This document shows, in pieces, positions 29,985-39,529 of a stretch of DNA of 64,000 bases. Each line of letters begins with the position of its first letter. Within the stretch, counting starts at the first letter, position 1. A program made the translations under genes and the position numbers. A model generated the notes under the pieces. It was given only the letters and a program-made list of their open reading frames with translations, made no database searches and was not told the origin of the DNA. This DNA comes from Verrucomicrobiia bacterium (lineage in GTDB: Bacteria; Verrucomicrobiota; Verrucomicrobiia; Limisphaerales; UBA11358), in assembly GCA_035945675.1 (NCBI GenBank), contig DASZAB010000108.1, positions 48,564 to 112,563 on the forward strand, in the 5' to 3' direction.

Positions 29985-30881
29985 ATGGATGCCAGGACCG
30001 TCATCGGCAATTTCGTCCGTCGTCCGCGCGAACAAAAGAATTTCACGCAGGACGGGCTGGCCGCGCGCACCGGCATCACCTACCAGTATTTATCCGGTCT
30101 GGAGAACGGACGCGAGAATTTTTCCATCGGAATCCTCGAATCACTTGGCAAGGCGCTGGATTGTCCACTCCCACAACTTGTGGCGGGTGCGTTCGCCGGG
30201 CCCTCCGTTTTGGCAAAGGTCGAAGCCAATCCCGACTATTTCCGCCCGCAAGCACCGTTGCCGCCCGGCCTCAAGATTGCACATCTGCAACGCGCGATGA
30301 ACGAAACCCAGCGGATTGTCTCGCTGATTAACGCAAATCTGTCGGCCAGCGGCGGGAAACCTTTGCCGAGATATATTCAGGGCAACAATTTTAGCGGGCT
30401 GGTCTCCAATATCCTCTGCGACGCGATTCACGAGAACTCGCCATACAAACACAACTCCCACCAAGCGTATCCTGACTTGGTCAATCCAAAGGTTTCCGCG
30501 AAAAGCAAGCCGGTCGGCTTGGAAGTCAAGTCAACCATCCAAATCGGCAAGGGCGGAGAAAGCCACAACGGTCATTCCGGCTGGCATCTCGTGGCGTGTT
30601 TCGCGATTGATCAGAAAACAGGCAACGTTCGCTTCGTTCACGTCATGCTGGCCGTGCTTAATGGTCACAACCAACCCGAGCCGGATTGGGTATACGTGGG
30701 CAGCAAGGTAAACGTTGATACCGGTAGTCGTCGAACCGAGACATACAACACGACGTTGATCGGCACGACAAAATTGCGGGACGGCTCAGTTTATCTCGAC
30801 CCAAGCATCATTAACTTCAAACGCTGGCGACAGGGCAGACGCAGGCCCGTGCCGCCGTTCTCGATCTTCGCCCAATCGTAA
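29985..30881 (+). CDS. XRE HTH (controller-like) domain fused to a putative type II restriction endonuclease
   Basis: TQDGLAARTGITYQYLSGLENG HTH, then YPDL...GLEVKST (PD-ExK); divergent from the MTase. Confidence 0.75.
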   Translation: MDARTVIGNFVRRPREQKNFTQDGLAARTGITYQYLSGLENGRENFSIGILESLGKALDCPLPQLVAGAFAGPSVLAKVEANPDYFRPQAPLPPGLKIAHLQRAMNETQRIVSLINANLSASGGKPLPRYIQGNNFSGLVSNILCDAIHENSPYKHNSHQAYPDLVNPKVSAKSKPVGLEVKSTIQIGKGGESHNGHSGWHLVACFAIDQKTGNVRFVHVMLAVLNGHNQPEPDWVYVGSKVNVDTGSRRTETYNTTLIGTTKLRDGSVYLDPSIINFKRWRQGRRRPVPPFSIFAQS

Positions 30882-30948
30882 GCGTGTGAACTGTGCCGCG
30901 CGGCGAGGATTAAGAAGTTAAGAAGCCCGACCGAGCCGGAGCCGGTAA

Positions 30949-33900
30949 CTACACGTTCCCGCTTTCTTCCGCCGCCGCGGATGGCGCCAGATTGAGGCAG
31001 GCCGTCAGTTTCTCCGCCAGGACTTCCACGTGCGGCGCGTACATCAGATTGGCGTGATTGCCGGGAACGACGTGGACCTCCACTCCGCCACCGGCCCAGT
31101 CGCTCCAGCCCTTCGTCGGGTCCGCGTCCGGAGACGAGCCCGCCGGCGTTTCACTCGCCTTGAAGAAGGTGATTCGGCCCGGGTAACGATGCAGTCCGTA
31201 GTTCTGCGTCGCGCGCAGGTCGCTCCGGAGGAGTTCGACAAAGCGGCGGGCCTGGGCAACATCCAGCTCCGCGGGTATCAAGCCGGCGCTCTTCGCCTGT
31301 TCCAGCATGAAGGCCAACTGTTCGGCTTTGGGCAGCTTCGCCACGGACTCCATCGGACCAAACGAAACACCGAAGTAACGTTCGACCAGCAGAATCGCTT
31401 CCGCATCTTCCTCCGGAAACGTCTCATCGGGAGTGGGGATCCGGCCATCGAACAGGGCGAGCAACGCCACCCGCTGACCTTGCGCGTGAAGTTGCTGCGC
31501 CATCTCGAAGGCGACCACGCCGCCCATGGACCATCCGCCCAGCAGGTACGGCCCCGTCGGCTGGACGGTCTGCAGGGCCTGAATGTACCAGGCCGCCATG
31601 TCTTCGATCCGCGTGTGAGGGTCTTGTCCGTCTTCCAGCCCCCGGGCTTGCAGCCCATAGCAGGGTTGATTGGGAGCCAGCAACTGCGCCAGATGAATGT
31701 AAGGGAAAACATGCCCGCCCGCCGGATGCACCAGGAAGAGCGGCGGTTTACTGCCACCGGGTTGAAGCGGCACCAATGAGGACTGCGGGCCGGACGTGGC
31801 CGGCTGACGGAGAAGGCCGGCGAGATGCTCGACCGTGGCTCCCTGAAAGATGGCCGTCAGCGGAAGTTTCCTGCCCAGCCGTTTCTCGATAAGGGCGAAC
31901 AGGCGCACCGCCAGCAGCGAGTGTCCTCCCAGCTCAAAAAAATTGTCTGTCAACCCGACCGGTCGAACGCCCAGGACCTCCTCCCAGATGCGCGCGAGTT
32001 GGAGTTCCAGGTCATCGCGAGGCGCAACGAACGCTTTCTCCAAGTCCGGCCGGGATCGATCCGGCGCCGGCAGTGCCCGGCGGTCCACCTTCCCGTTGGG
32101 CGTCATCGGCAACGCCTCGAGCAGCACGACCATCGCCGGCACCATGTACTCGGGCAGCTTGTCCTTGAGATAGCGACGCAACTCGTCGGCTGTGGAATCC
32201 GTAGAAGCGACCACATAGGCCACCAACCGCTTCTCGCCTGGCGCATCTTCCCGAGCCAGGACCACCGCCTCCCGCACGGCCGGGTGTTGGCCAAGCGCGG
32301 CCTCGATTTCCCCCAGTTCGATGCGAAACCCGCGGAGCTTCACCTGGTGGTCGACACGACCGAGGAACTCAATGTTCCCATCGGATCGATATCGGGCCAA
32401 ATCACCGGTCTGGTACATTCGCGCTCCGGGCGCGGCGCTGAAGGGGTCGGGAATAAATTTCTCAGCGGTCAACTCGGGCCGGTTCAAATATCCCCGGGCC
32501 AGGCCCGTTCCGCCGATATGCAGATGACCGGGAACGCCGATCGGAACGGCGTGGCCATGCGGGTCCAGAATGTAGGCCACCCGGTTGGCGAGGGGACGAC
32601 CAATGGGCACCCGCCGATCCGTCGTGGGCTCGCCCGGCCGGGGAGTAATTTCGAAGGCCGTGGCCGTGATCGTCGTCTCAGTCGGGCCGTAAGCATTGAG
32701 GAGCCGGATTGAACTCACCGGTGTTCGCTGCCAGAGCTGGAGAACCTCGGGCAACATCGTATCGCCGCCGACAATGAAGAGTCGGGGCTGAATGTTCGGG
32801 ACCAGCTCCGGGACGCCCGCCCATGCCCGGGCCAGTTCCTGCCAGTAGGCGGTGGGAAGATTGAGGACCGTGAGTCCGAATTCTGAAAGCTTTTGATGGA
32901 ATTCTGCCGGAGGCCAAAGGTTTGTCCCCATGATCACCAACCGGGCCCCGACGATCAGGGTCGGCAGGATTTCCTCCAGGGACACATCGAAACTCAACGA
33001 CGCAAACTGGAGGACGACATCGCGGGAGTCCAGTTCGTAGAGCCGTTGTGCATTCCGGCAGTGACCGGCAATCGAGCCATGTGAAACGAGCACCCCCTTG
33101 GGCTGCCCTGTTGATCCCGAAGTGTAGATGACATAAGCCAGGTTTTCGGGGAGGGTTGAACCGCCGGGGTTCTCTGCGCTTTCACGGGCGATGGTCTCCC
33201 AGCCTGAATCCAGACAGATGACTTTGGCATCCTGCTCCGGCAACCCCGCCACCAGCCGATCCTGGGTCAACAGCACCGGCGCCTGAGCATCTTTCAGAAT
33301 GAAAGCCAGGCGCTCCTTTGGATACGCCGGGTCCAGGGGCACGAACGCGCCGCCGGCCTTGAGAATGCCCAGCAATCCGATGACCATTTCCAGCGAGCGT
33401 TCCACGCAGATGGCCACCAGCACCTCGGGTCCGACTCCCAGCGCCCGCAAGTGATGCGCCAGTTGATTGGCCCGGCGGTTCAGCTGAGCGTAGGTCAACA
33501 CCGTTTCGCGCTTGTTCGCGTGGTCACGGAGCGGCTCCGCTTCGAGCACGACAGCGATGGCGTCCGGCGTTCGCTCCACCTGTGCTTCAAAGAGCTGATG
33601 AATATACAAATCCTGCGCGCTGTCGGTCCTGGCATTGTTCCACTCCACGAGCAGTTGCTGCCGCTCGGTTTCGGTCAAGAGCGGCAAGTCCGAGATACGC
33701 CGCTCCGGATCAGCGACGATGGCCTCCAACAGGGTCTGAAAATTCCCCAGCATCCGGGCAATGGTGGCCGCCTCAAACAGATCGCTGTTGTACACGAATG
33801 TTGCTGTCAGCCCTTGCTCGGTGTCCAGGATCTGCAGGGTCAAATCAAAGTGGGCCGTCTCACCGCCCCCCTCGACCGGGCTCAGGTTCAAGCCCGGCAG

Positions 33901-36900
33901 CTCGACCGTCCGCAGGGAAGCATGGTGCAGCACGAACATCACCTGGAAGAGCGGATTGCGGCTCAAATCCCGCTGCACGTGCAATTCCTCGACCAGCCGA
34001 TCAAAGGGCAGGTCCTGATGGCCGTACGCCCCCAAACAGACCTCCCGCACCCGCCGCAAGAGCTCCCGAAAACCGGGATTGCCGGAAAGGTCCGTCCGCA
34101 GAACCAGTGCGTTGACGAAGAATCCGATCAATCCTTCGGTCTCCAGCCGGTTGCGATTGGCGATCGGCGTGCCCACGATCAGGTCCTCCTGACTCGTGTA
34201 GCGATACAACAAAACCTTGAACGCCGCCAACAACGTCATGAACTGGGTCACCCCTTCGTGGCGACTCAGCGCTTTGAACCCTTCCGACAAATGTTTGGGC
34301 AACACCAACGATTGGTGCGCACCCCGGAAAGTCTGCACCGCCGGCCGGGTGTGGTCCGTGGGCAGATCGATCAGCGCGGGGGCGCCGGCGAGTTGCTTCT
34401 TCCAATACGCAATCTGGGTTTCCAGGACTTCACCGTGCAACCACTGCCGCTGCCAGTGGGCGAAATCCGCATATTGAATGGGCAGCGCCGGCAGCGGCGA
34501 GGACCCGCCGGCGCAGAAGGCGACATAGAGCCTCGCCAATTCTCGAACCAGGATTCCCGTTGACCAACCGTCGGAGACAATGTGGTGCATCGTCAGCAGC
34601 CCCACGTGCTCCTCATCGCCCAACCGTAACACGGTGCCCCGGACGAGCGGGCCCTGGGACAAATCGAAGGGGCGCCGGGCTTCGGCGGTGACCCATCGCC
34701 GGACCTCGGTCTCCCGCTCGCCCGGCGGCAGTTTCCGCAGGTCAACGACCGGCAGCTTGATTGTCAAGGTCGGGGCGATCACCTGCGTGGGCCGTCCTTC
34801 CGCCTTCCCAAAAGTAGTACGCAAGGATTCGTGGCGCTTGATGATTTCATTGAGACTCTGCTCCAGCGCCGCCAGGTTGAGTGGTCCCTTGAGGCGGACG
34901 GCGGCCGGGATATTGTAGGCCGGGAGGCCCGGTTCCAATTGATCGAAGAACCAGAGTCGCTGCTGGGCAAAGGAAAGAGCGAGGTCTCCGTTCCGTGGAA
35001 CCGGCAGGATGGGTGGTGCCAGCAGCGTCAGCCCGGCCAGGCGGGCGGCCTCAATGCTTTCCGCCAGACCCGCCACGGTCGGCACCTCGAACAGACGGCG
35101 CAGCGGAATTTCCAGTTGGAAGGTTTCGCGTATTCGGGACACGACCTGGGTGGCCAACAGCGAATGGCCGCCGAGTTCGAAGAAATTGTCGTGGATACCC
35201 ACCCGTTCAAGGTCGAGGAGCTCGGCCCAGATCTCCGCCATTAACTCTTCGGTCGGAGTGCGGGGCGCCACGAACACCTTGTCCAGTTCGGGTCGTGTTC
35301 GGTCGGGCGACGGCAGTGCCCGGCGGTCGATCTTTCCGTTGGGCATCAACGGCAACGCCTCCAGCAGCACGAAGACCGCCGGCACCATGTACTCGGGCAG
35401 TTTCGCCTTCAGAAAATGACGCAGATCGGTCGTCGTGAGGAGTGGCTCCCGCGCTGCGACGACATAGGCCACTAACCGCTTCTCGCCGGGCGTGTCTTCC
35501 CGGGCCAGGACGACGGTCTGCCGCACGGCCGGGTGTTGGCCCAGCGCGGCTTCGATTTCCCCCAGTTCAATGCGAAATCCGCGGAGCTTCACCTGATGAT
35601 CGGCCCGGCCGAGGAACTCGATGTTCCCATCGGGCCGATAACGGGCCAGGTCGCCGGTCTGGTACATTCGTGCTCCGGGAGTGGCGCTGAACGGGTCGGG
35701 AATAAATTTCCCGGCAGTCAACTCCGGCCGGTTCAAATAACCTCGGGCCACGCCGGCACCACCTATGTACAACTCACCCGGCACGCCGATCGGGACCGGA
35801 TGCAGAAACGAATTCAAGATGTAGATCTGCGTGTTGGCAATGGGACGACCAATCGTCACCTCGTCACCCGGGATGATTCTGGCCGCGGACGCGTTGGCAG
35901 TCGCCTCCGTCGGGCCGTAAATATTCCAGATCTGGAGATGCGGCAGCGCGGACCATGAGCGCGTGACCAGTTCTTGGGTCAGCGATTCGCCGCCGAAAAA
36001 CAGATACGCCAGACCTTCGCCCGGCGTCGGGGCTTGACCGGACTGAATGGCGGGGAGGATGGCTGTCCAGAACGAGGGCACGCAGTTCAGCCCGACCTTG
36101 GTCCGCGTGGCAAGTGCCGAAAGCAGCGTGGCGGGGTCCGCCACGACTTCCTCCGGGAGAATCCACACCGCGCCGCCGCGCAGGAGCGGGGGGAAGAGTT
36201 GCTTCAGGCACATGTCGAAGGTCAATTTGGTCGTCAGGGGCAGGCAGAGTTCCGGGTCACCCAGCGGACCCGCGCTGACCCAGCACAGATAGTTGACGAG
36301 GCCGCCGTGTTCGCACATGACTCCCTTGGGCTGTCCCGTCGAGCCCGAGGTGTAGATCACATAGGCCAGGCTCCGGGCGGTGACCCCACTGACCGGATTT
36401 TTTTCACTCTCCCGAGCGATGGCTTCCCACCCGGAGTCCAGGCACACGACGCGCCCTCCGTAATCGGGCAGGCTGTCCAGCCAATGCTTCCGCGTCAGCA
36501 CCACGGGCGCCTGGGCATCTTGCAGCATGAATGCCAGGCGCTCCTTGGGAGACGCCGGATCCAATGGCAGGTAAGCTCCGCCGGCTTTGAGAATGCCCAG
36601 AACCGCGACGACCATCTCCGGGCAGTGCACCAGGCCAATGGCCACGGGCACGTCCGGCCCAACGCCCAGCGTTTGCAGGTGGTGCGCCAGTTGATTGGCG
36701 CGAGCGTTGAGTTGAGCGTAGGTGAGTTGCTGTCCCTCAAACACAACGCCCACGTTGTCCGGCGTCCGCTCGACTTGTTCCTCAAATAAATGGTGGAGGC
36801 ACTTGGCTTTGGGGTAATCGGTTTGGGTATTGTTGAACTCGACTAACAATTGCCGGCGTTCCGCGCCGGTCAGAATATCCAACTCACCGATCGCGGCGGC

Positions 36901-38355
36901 TGGATCGCGGATGACGCTTTCCAGCAGCGCGTGGAAGTGTCCCGCCATCCGGGCGATGGTGGCGGCATCAAACAGGTCAGTGTTGAAACGGATGGAGGCG
37001 GAAAGCGATCCGGTCGCCTCGATGATCAACAGAACCAGATCCAGGGTCGCGGCCCGGCGTTCCAGCGGAATCGATTCCATCACCAGCCCGCCCAGATCCA
37101 TCCGGAGTCCGGTTTCGCCATGCGCGAATGCCGATCCGGCCTGTTCGATGAGCCGGTGCGGTTTGTCCAGGACGAACATGGTCTGGCAGAGCGGTGATCG
37201 GCTGAGATCCCGGGGCGGCCGGAGTCGTTGGACCAAACGAAGGGTCGGGTAATCCTGATTTTCGAGCGCCCCCAACACCGTCTGGCGCACCTGACCCAGA
37301 AATGCCCGAAACGTTGGATTTCCGGAAAGATTCGCCCGCAAGACGACTGGGTTGGCGAAGAAGCCCACCAGCCCCTCAAACTCGGCCCGGCTCCGTCCGA
37401 CCATGGGAGAAGCCACGAGGATGTCTTCCTGGCCGGTGTGGTGGTAAAGCATCAGGTCGAACGCCGCCAGCAGAACCATATACAGGGTCGCCCCCTCGGC
37501 CCTGGCGAGCGCCCTGAGCCGGCGTGCCAGTTCCTCGTTCAGAGTGAAATCATGTTGCCCGCCGCGAAACATCTGAATCGGCGGTCGCGGCCGGTCGGCC
37601 GGCAGATTGAGCACGGGCAACGGGCCGGCCAATTGTTTCTTCCAATAGTCCCAAAGCCGTTCGCCGGCCGGACTCGCCAGCATTTCGGTTTGCCAATGAA
37701 CGAAGTCCGTGTATTGCGAATCCAAGGGAGGGAGAGTCGCGGGACGACCGGCCTTTTCCGCCGGATACAACATGCCGAGTTCATTCAGGATTACCGCAAG
37801 GGACCAGAAATCGACCACGATATGATGAATGACCAGCAACAGGATGTGTTCCTGCGGCGACCGGGTGAACAGACTCACCCGCATGACCGGCCCGCGTTCC
37901 AGATCAAACCGGCGCTGAGTTTCCTCGACCAGCCGGGTCTGCAGCTCCTCCCCGCGCCAGGTTGACGCATCGATTTGCTCGAAGTGGACCGGCTGACGTT
38001 CGTGGATTTGTTGAACGGGTTTGCCGGCCTGCACCACAAATGTGGTCCGCAGGGAAGGATGGCGATCCACCAGCGCCTGAAATGCGCGCCGGAAAGCCGG
38101 GAGGTCCAGATCGGCGCGGATGCGCGCCGCAAAACTGACATTATAAATCGAGCTTTCCGGCGCGAACTGGCACAGAAACCAGATCCCCTGCTGATTATCG
38201 GAGAGAGCATGAAACGGTTGGGACCCGCCCGCCTTTCTCCGGAGGAGTTGGGCCAGAAGGGCGCGTTTTTCATCGGGTGAAAGATTGGCAATTGGCCGGG
38301 CGGTCGGCTGTGTCCGGATTTGCTGAGAGTTCGTCTGCGCCGGCATAACCTGCAT
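30949..38355 (-). CDS. two-module NRPS, C-A-T-C-A-T-TE
   Basis: HHIVVDFWS and HHIVSDGWS; two YTSGSTGQPKG/YGPTE/TGD A domains; two GGHSL T domains; TE GWSMG. Confidence 0.96.
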   Translation of the reverse strand: MQVMPAQTNSQQIRTQPTARPIANLSPDEKRALLAQLLRRKAGGSQPFHALSDNQQGIWFLCQFAPESSIYNVSFAARIRADLDLPAFRRAFQALVDRHPSLRTTFVVQAGKPVQQIHERQPVHFEQIDASTWRGEELQTRLVEETQRRFDLERGPVMRVSLFTRSPQEHILLLVIHHIVVDFWSLAVILNELGMLYPAEKAGRPATLPPLDSQYTDFVHWQTEMLASPAGERLWDYWKKQLAGPLPVLNLPADRPRPPIQMFRGGQHDFTLNEELARRLRALARAEGATLYMVLLAAFDLMLYHHTGQEDILVASPMVGRSRAEFEGLVGFFANPVVLRANLSGNPTFRAFLGQVRQTVLGALENQDYPTLRLVQRLRPPRDLSRSPLCQTMFVLDKPHRLIEQAGSAFAHGETGLRMDLGGLVMESIPLERRAATLDLVLLIIEATGSLSASIRFNTDLFDAATIARMAGHFHALLESVIRDPAAAIGELDILTGAERRQLLVEFNNTQTDYPKAKCLHHLFEEQVERTPDNVGVVFEGQQLTYAQLNARANQLAHHLQTLGVGPDVPVAIGLVHCPEMVVAVLGILKAGGAYLPLDPASPKERLAFMLQDAQAPVVLTRKHWLDSLPDYGGRVVCLDSGWEAIARESEKNPVSGVTARSLAYVIYTSGSTGQPKGVMCEHGGLVNYLCWVSAGPLGDPELCLPLTTKLTFDMCLKQLFPPLLRGGAVWILPEEVVADPATLLSALATRTKVGLNCVPSFWTAILPAIQSGQAPTPGEGLAYLFFGGESLTQELVTRSWSALPHLQIWNIYGPTEATANASAARIIPGDEVTIGRPIANTQIYILNSFLHPVPIGVPGELYIGGAGVARGYLNRPELTAGKFIPDPFSATPGARMYQTGDLARYRPDGNIEFLGRADHQVKLRGFRIELGEIEAALGQHPAVRQTVVLAREDTPGEKRLVAYVVAAREPLLTTTDLRHFLKAKLPEYMVPAVFVLLEALPLMPNGKIDRRALPSPDRTRPELDKVFVAPRTPTEELMAEIWAELLDLERVGIHDNFFELGGHSLLATQVVSRIRETFQLEIPLRRLFEVPTVAGLAESIEAARLAGLTLLAPPILPVPRNGDLALSFAQQRLWFFDQLEPGLPAYNIPAAVRLKGPLNLAALEQSLNEIIKRHESLRTTFGKAEGRPTQVIAPTLTIKLPVVDLRKLPPGERETEVRRWVTAEARRPFDLSQGPLVRGTVLRLGDEEHVGLLTMHHIVSDGWSTGILVRELARLYVAFCAGGSSPLPALPIQYADFAHWQRQWLHGEVLETQIAYWKKQLAGAPALIDLPTDHTRPAVQTFRGAHQSLVLPKHLSEGFKALSRHEGVTQFMTLLAAFKVLLYRYTSQEDLIVGTPIANRNRLETEGLIGFFVNALVLRTDLSGNPGFRELLRRVREVCLGAYGHQDLPFDRLVEELHVQRDLSRNPLFQVMFVLHHASLRTVELPGLNLSPVEGGGETAHFDLTLQILDTEQGLTATFVYNSDLFEAATIARMLGNFQTLLEAIVADPERRISDLPLLTETERQQLLVEWNNARTDSAQDLYIHQLFEAQVERTPDAIAVVLEAEPLRDHANKRETVLTYAQLNRRANQLAHHLRALGVGPEVLVAICVERSLEMVIGLLGILKAGGAFVPLDPAYPKERLAFILKDAQAPVLLTQDRLVAGLPEQDAKVICLDSGWETIARESAENPGGSTLPENLAYVIYTSGSTGQPKGVLVSHGSIAGHCRNAQRLYELDSRDVVLQFASLSFDVSLEEILPTLIVGARLVIMGTNLWPPAEFHQKLSEFGLTVLNLPTAYWQELARAWAGVPELVPNIQPRLFIVGGDTMLPEVLQLWQRTPVSSIRLLNAYGPTETTITATAFEITPRPGEPTTDRRVPIGRPLANRVAYILDPHGHAVPIGVPGHLHIGGTGLARGYLNRPELTAEKFIPDPFSAAPGARMYQTGDLARYRSDGNIEFLGRVDHQVKLRGFRIELGEIEAALGQHPAVREAVVLAREDAPGEKRLVAYVVASTDSTADELRRYLKDKLPEYMVPAMVVLLEALPMTPNGKVDRRALPAPDRSRPDLEKAFVAPRDDLELQLARIWEEVLGVRPVGLTDNFFELGGHSLLAVRLFALIEKRLGRKLPLTAIFQGATVEHLAGLLRQPATSGPQSSLVPLQPGGSKPPLFLVHPAGGHVFPYIHLAQLLAPNQPCYGLQARGLEDGQDPHTRIEDMAAWYIQALQTVQPTGPYLLGGWSMGGVVAFEMAQQLHAQGQRVALLALFDGRIPTPDETFPEEDAEAILLVERYFGVSFGPMESVAKLPKAEQLAFMLEQAKSAGLIPAELDVAQARRFVELLRSDLRATQNYGLHRYPGRITFFKASETPAGSSPDADPTKGWSDWAGGGVEVHVVPGNHANLMYAPHVEVLAEKLTACLNLAPSAAAEESGNV

Positions 38356-38544
38356 TGTAACAGCCGGGTCAGGCTGGGGAAACCCAAATCGCCGATGACC
38401 GACCGGTAGCCCGACCGCTTGGACCAGCCAAAATGGCTTGTGGTGGAGCCGGATGGGCCAGATTCGTCCTCGTACCCGTCATCGCATCCAAGGCTGGAGG
38501 CAAGACAGCCCCGGATAAGGGGGGTAAGCACCCCGCATACACAT

Positions 38545-38668
38545 CCGGATTTTGCCGGGTCATTCGCAAAAAAGCACCTTCTGGTTACACCTGATAGCGC
38601 AGGGCACAGCCCGCAGCGTACCGTGCTTGCCGTATTTAAACATCGATAACGCAACAATGGAAAGAAAA
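38545..38668 (+). repeat. duplicated promoter/leader, copy 2 (box 38584-38595, -10 TACCGT at 38619)
   Basis: Aligns with 7716-7838. Confidence 0.9.
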
Positions 38669-38669
38669 C

Positions 38670-39244
38670 ATGAAGACAACCCATTCGGGAACGATTGAGA
38701 CAGTCAAAGACCAAGTCGTTGCCGCGATCAAGGGAACAGGAAACATTGTCCAGGCGAGGTGGATTCCGTGACCCAAATTCTCGCCACAACGATCAAAGAT
38801 ACGGGCAAGGTCGGCACGTCGGTAACCGATGTCATTGCCAACGTTGCCAGCGGCGCGATCCGTGGCGCAGCGCAGGTCGGGGCCGACCTGGGACATGTCG
38901 CCAAAGGGATCATGCTCGGGGTGCTTCGCGGCACCAGACAAACTGGCACGGCGGTTTTGGAGATCATCGGTCACACCGCCCATGTGGCGATCCGGGATAC
39001 AGCCGAGGTCGGCGGCGATGTGGGAGCCGCAGCCACCGGACTCGTCGAAGGGGCGATCGAAGGTGCCAAAGAAATGGGAGTCAATGCCGAGGACGCGGCG
39101 GCGGCGGCGGCCGGCGGCGCCTTGAAAGCGGCTGGCAAGGTGGGTTCGACCGCGGTGCAGGCGGTTCGCGAGGCGGTAGCCAAACCCATCCAGGGCGTCA
39201 ATGCCGTGCTGAAAGAACCGGAGATGGTTGAATCAAATAACTAA
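38670..39244 (+). pseudogene. Ala/Gly-rich helical repeat protein with a 1-nt frameshift at ~38757
   Basis: MKTTHSGTIETVKDQVVAAIKGTGNIVQA continues stylistically as VDSVTQILATTIKDTG in the -1 frame. Confidence 0.7.
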
Positions 39245-39320
39245 ATCAACGGATTGCTTTTGCTGGCGCAAAAGCGTGTCAGCCAACCGTGGTTCCGGAG
39301 TAAACTGAAAGGAAAATTAT

Positions 39321-39470
39321 ATGTTGTACCCAATTGCGGTAATCTTGCTCGTTCTGTGGCTGGCTGGCCTGGTGAGCGGTTACACGATGAGCGGGTTCAT
39401 TTACGTCCTGCCGGTCATCGCAGCGCTCATGGTGTTGGCCAACTTCATTTCCGGGCGCCAGCGGGCGTGA
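39321..39470 (+). CDS. lmo0937-family small membrane protein (second copy)
   Basis: MLYPIAVILLVLWLAGLVSGYTMSGFIYVLPVIAALMVLANFISGRQRA, translated by hand; GAAAGGA upstream. Confidence 0.82.
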   Translation: MLYPIAVILLVLWLAGLVSGYTMSGFIYVLPVIAALMVLANFISGRQRA

Positions 39471-39529
39471 GGCGAAATAAAGAACACGGATCACCTGGCA
39501 ATCAATCACAAACTCATTGAAAGGCTGTT

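Noticed and set aside
27244..30948. Mobile element call for the defence islet
   Set aside because: No transposase, integrase, terminal repeats or target-site duplication found by eye.
33495..33545. 11-aa insert in NRPS A2 as a second palindromic element
   Set aside because: Only a 6-bp inverted repeat and no similarity to the DH insert.
38510..38536. Degenerate ACACCTGAT-like box facing the NRPS (CCCCCTTAT on the minus strand, next to GGGGTAAGCACCCC)
   Set aside because: Only 6 of 9 positions match and there is no TAnnnT at the expected distance.
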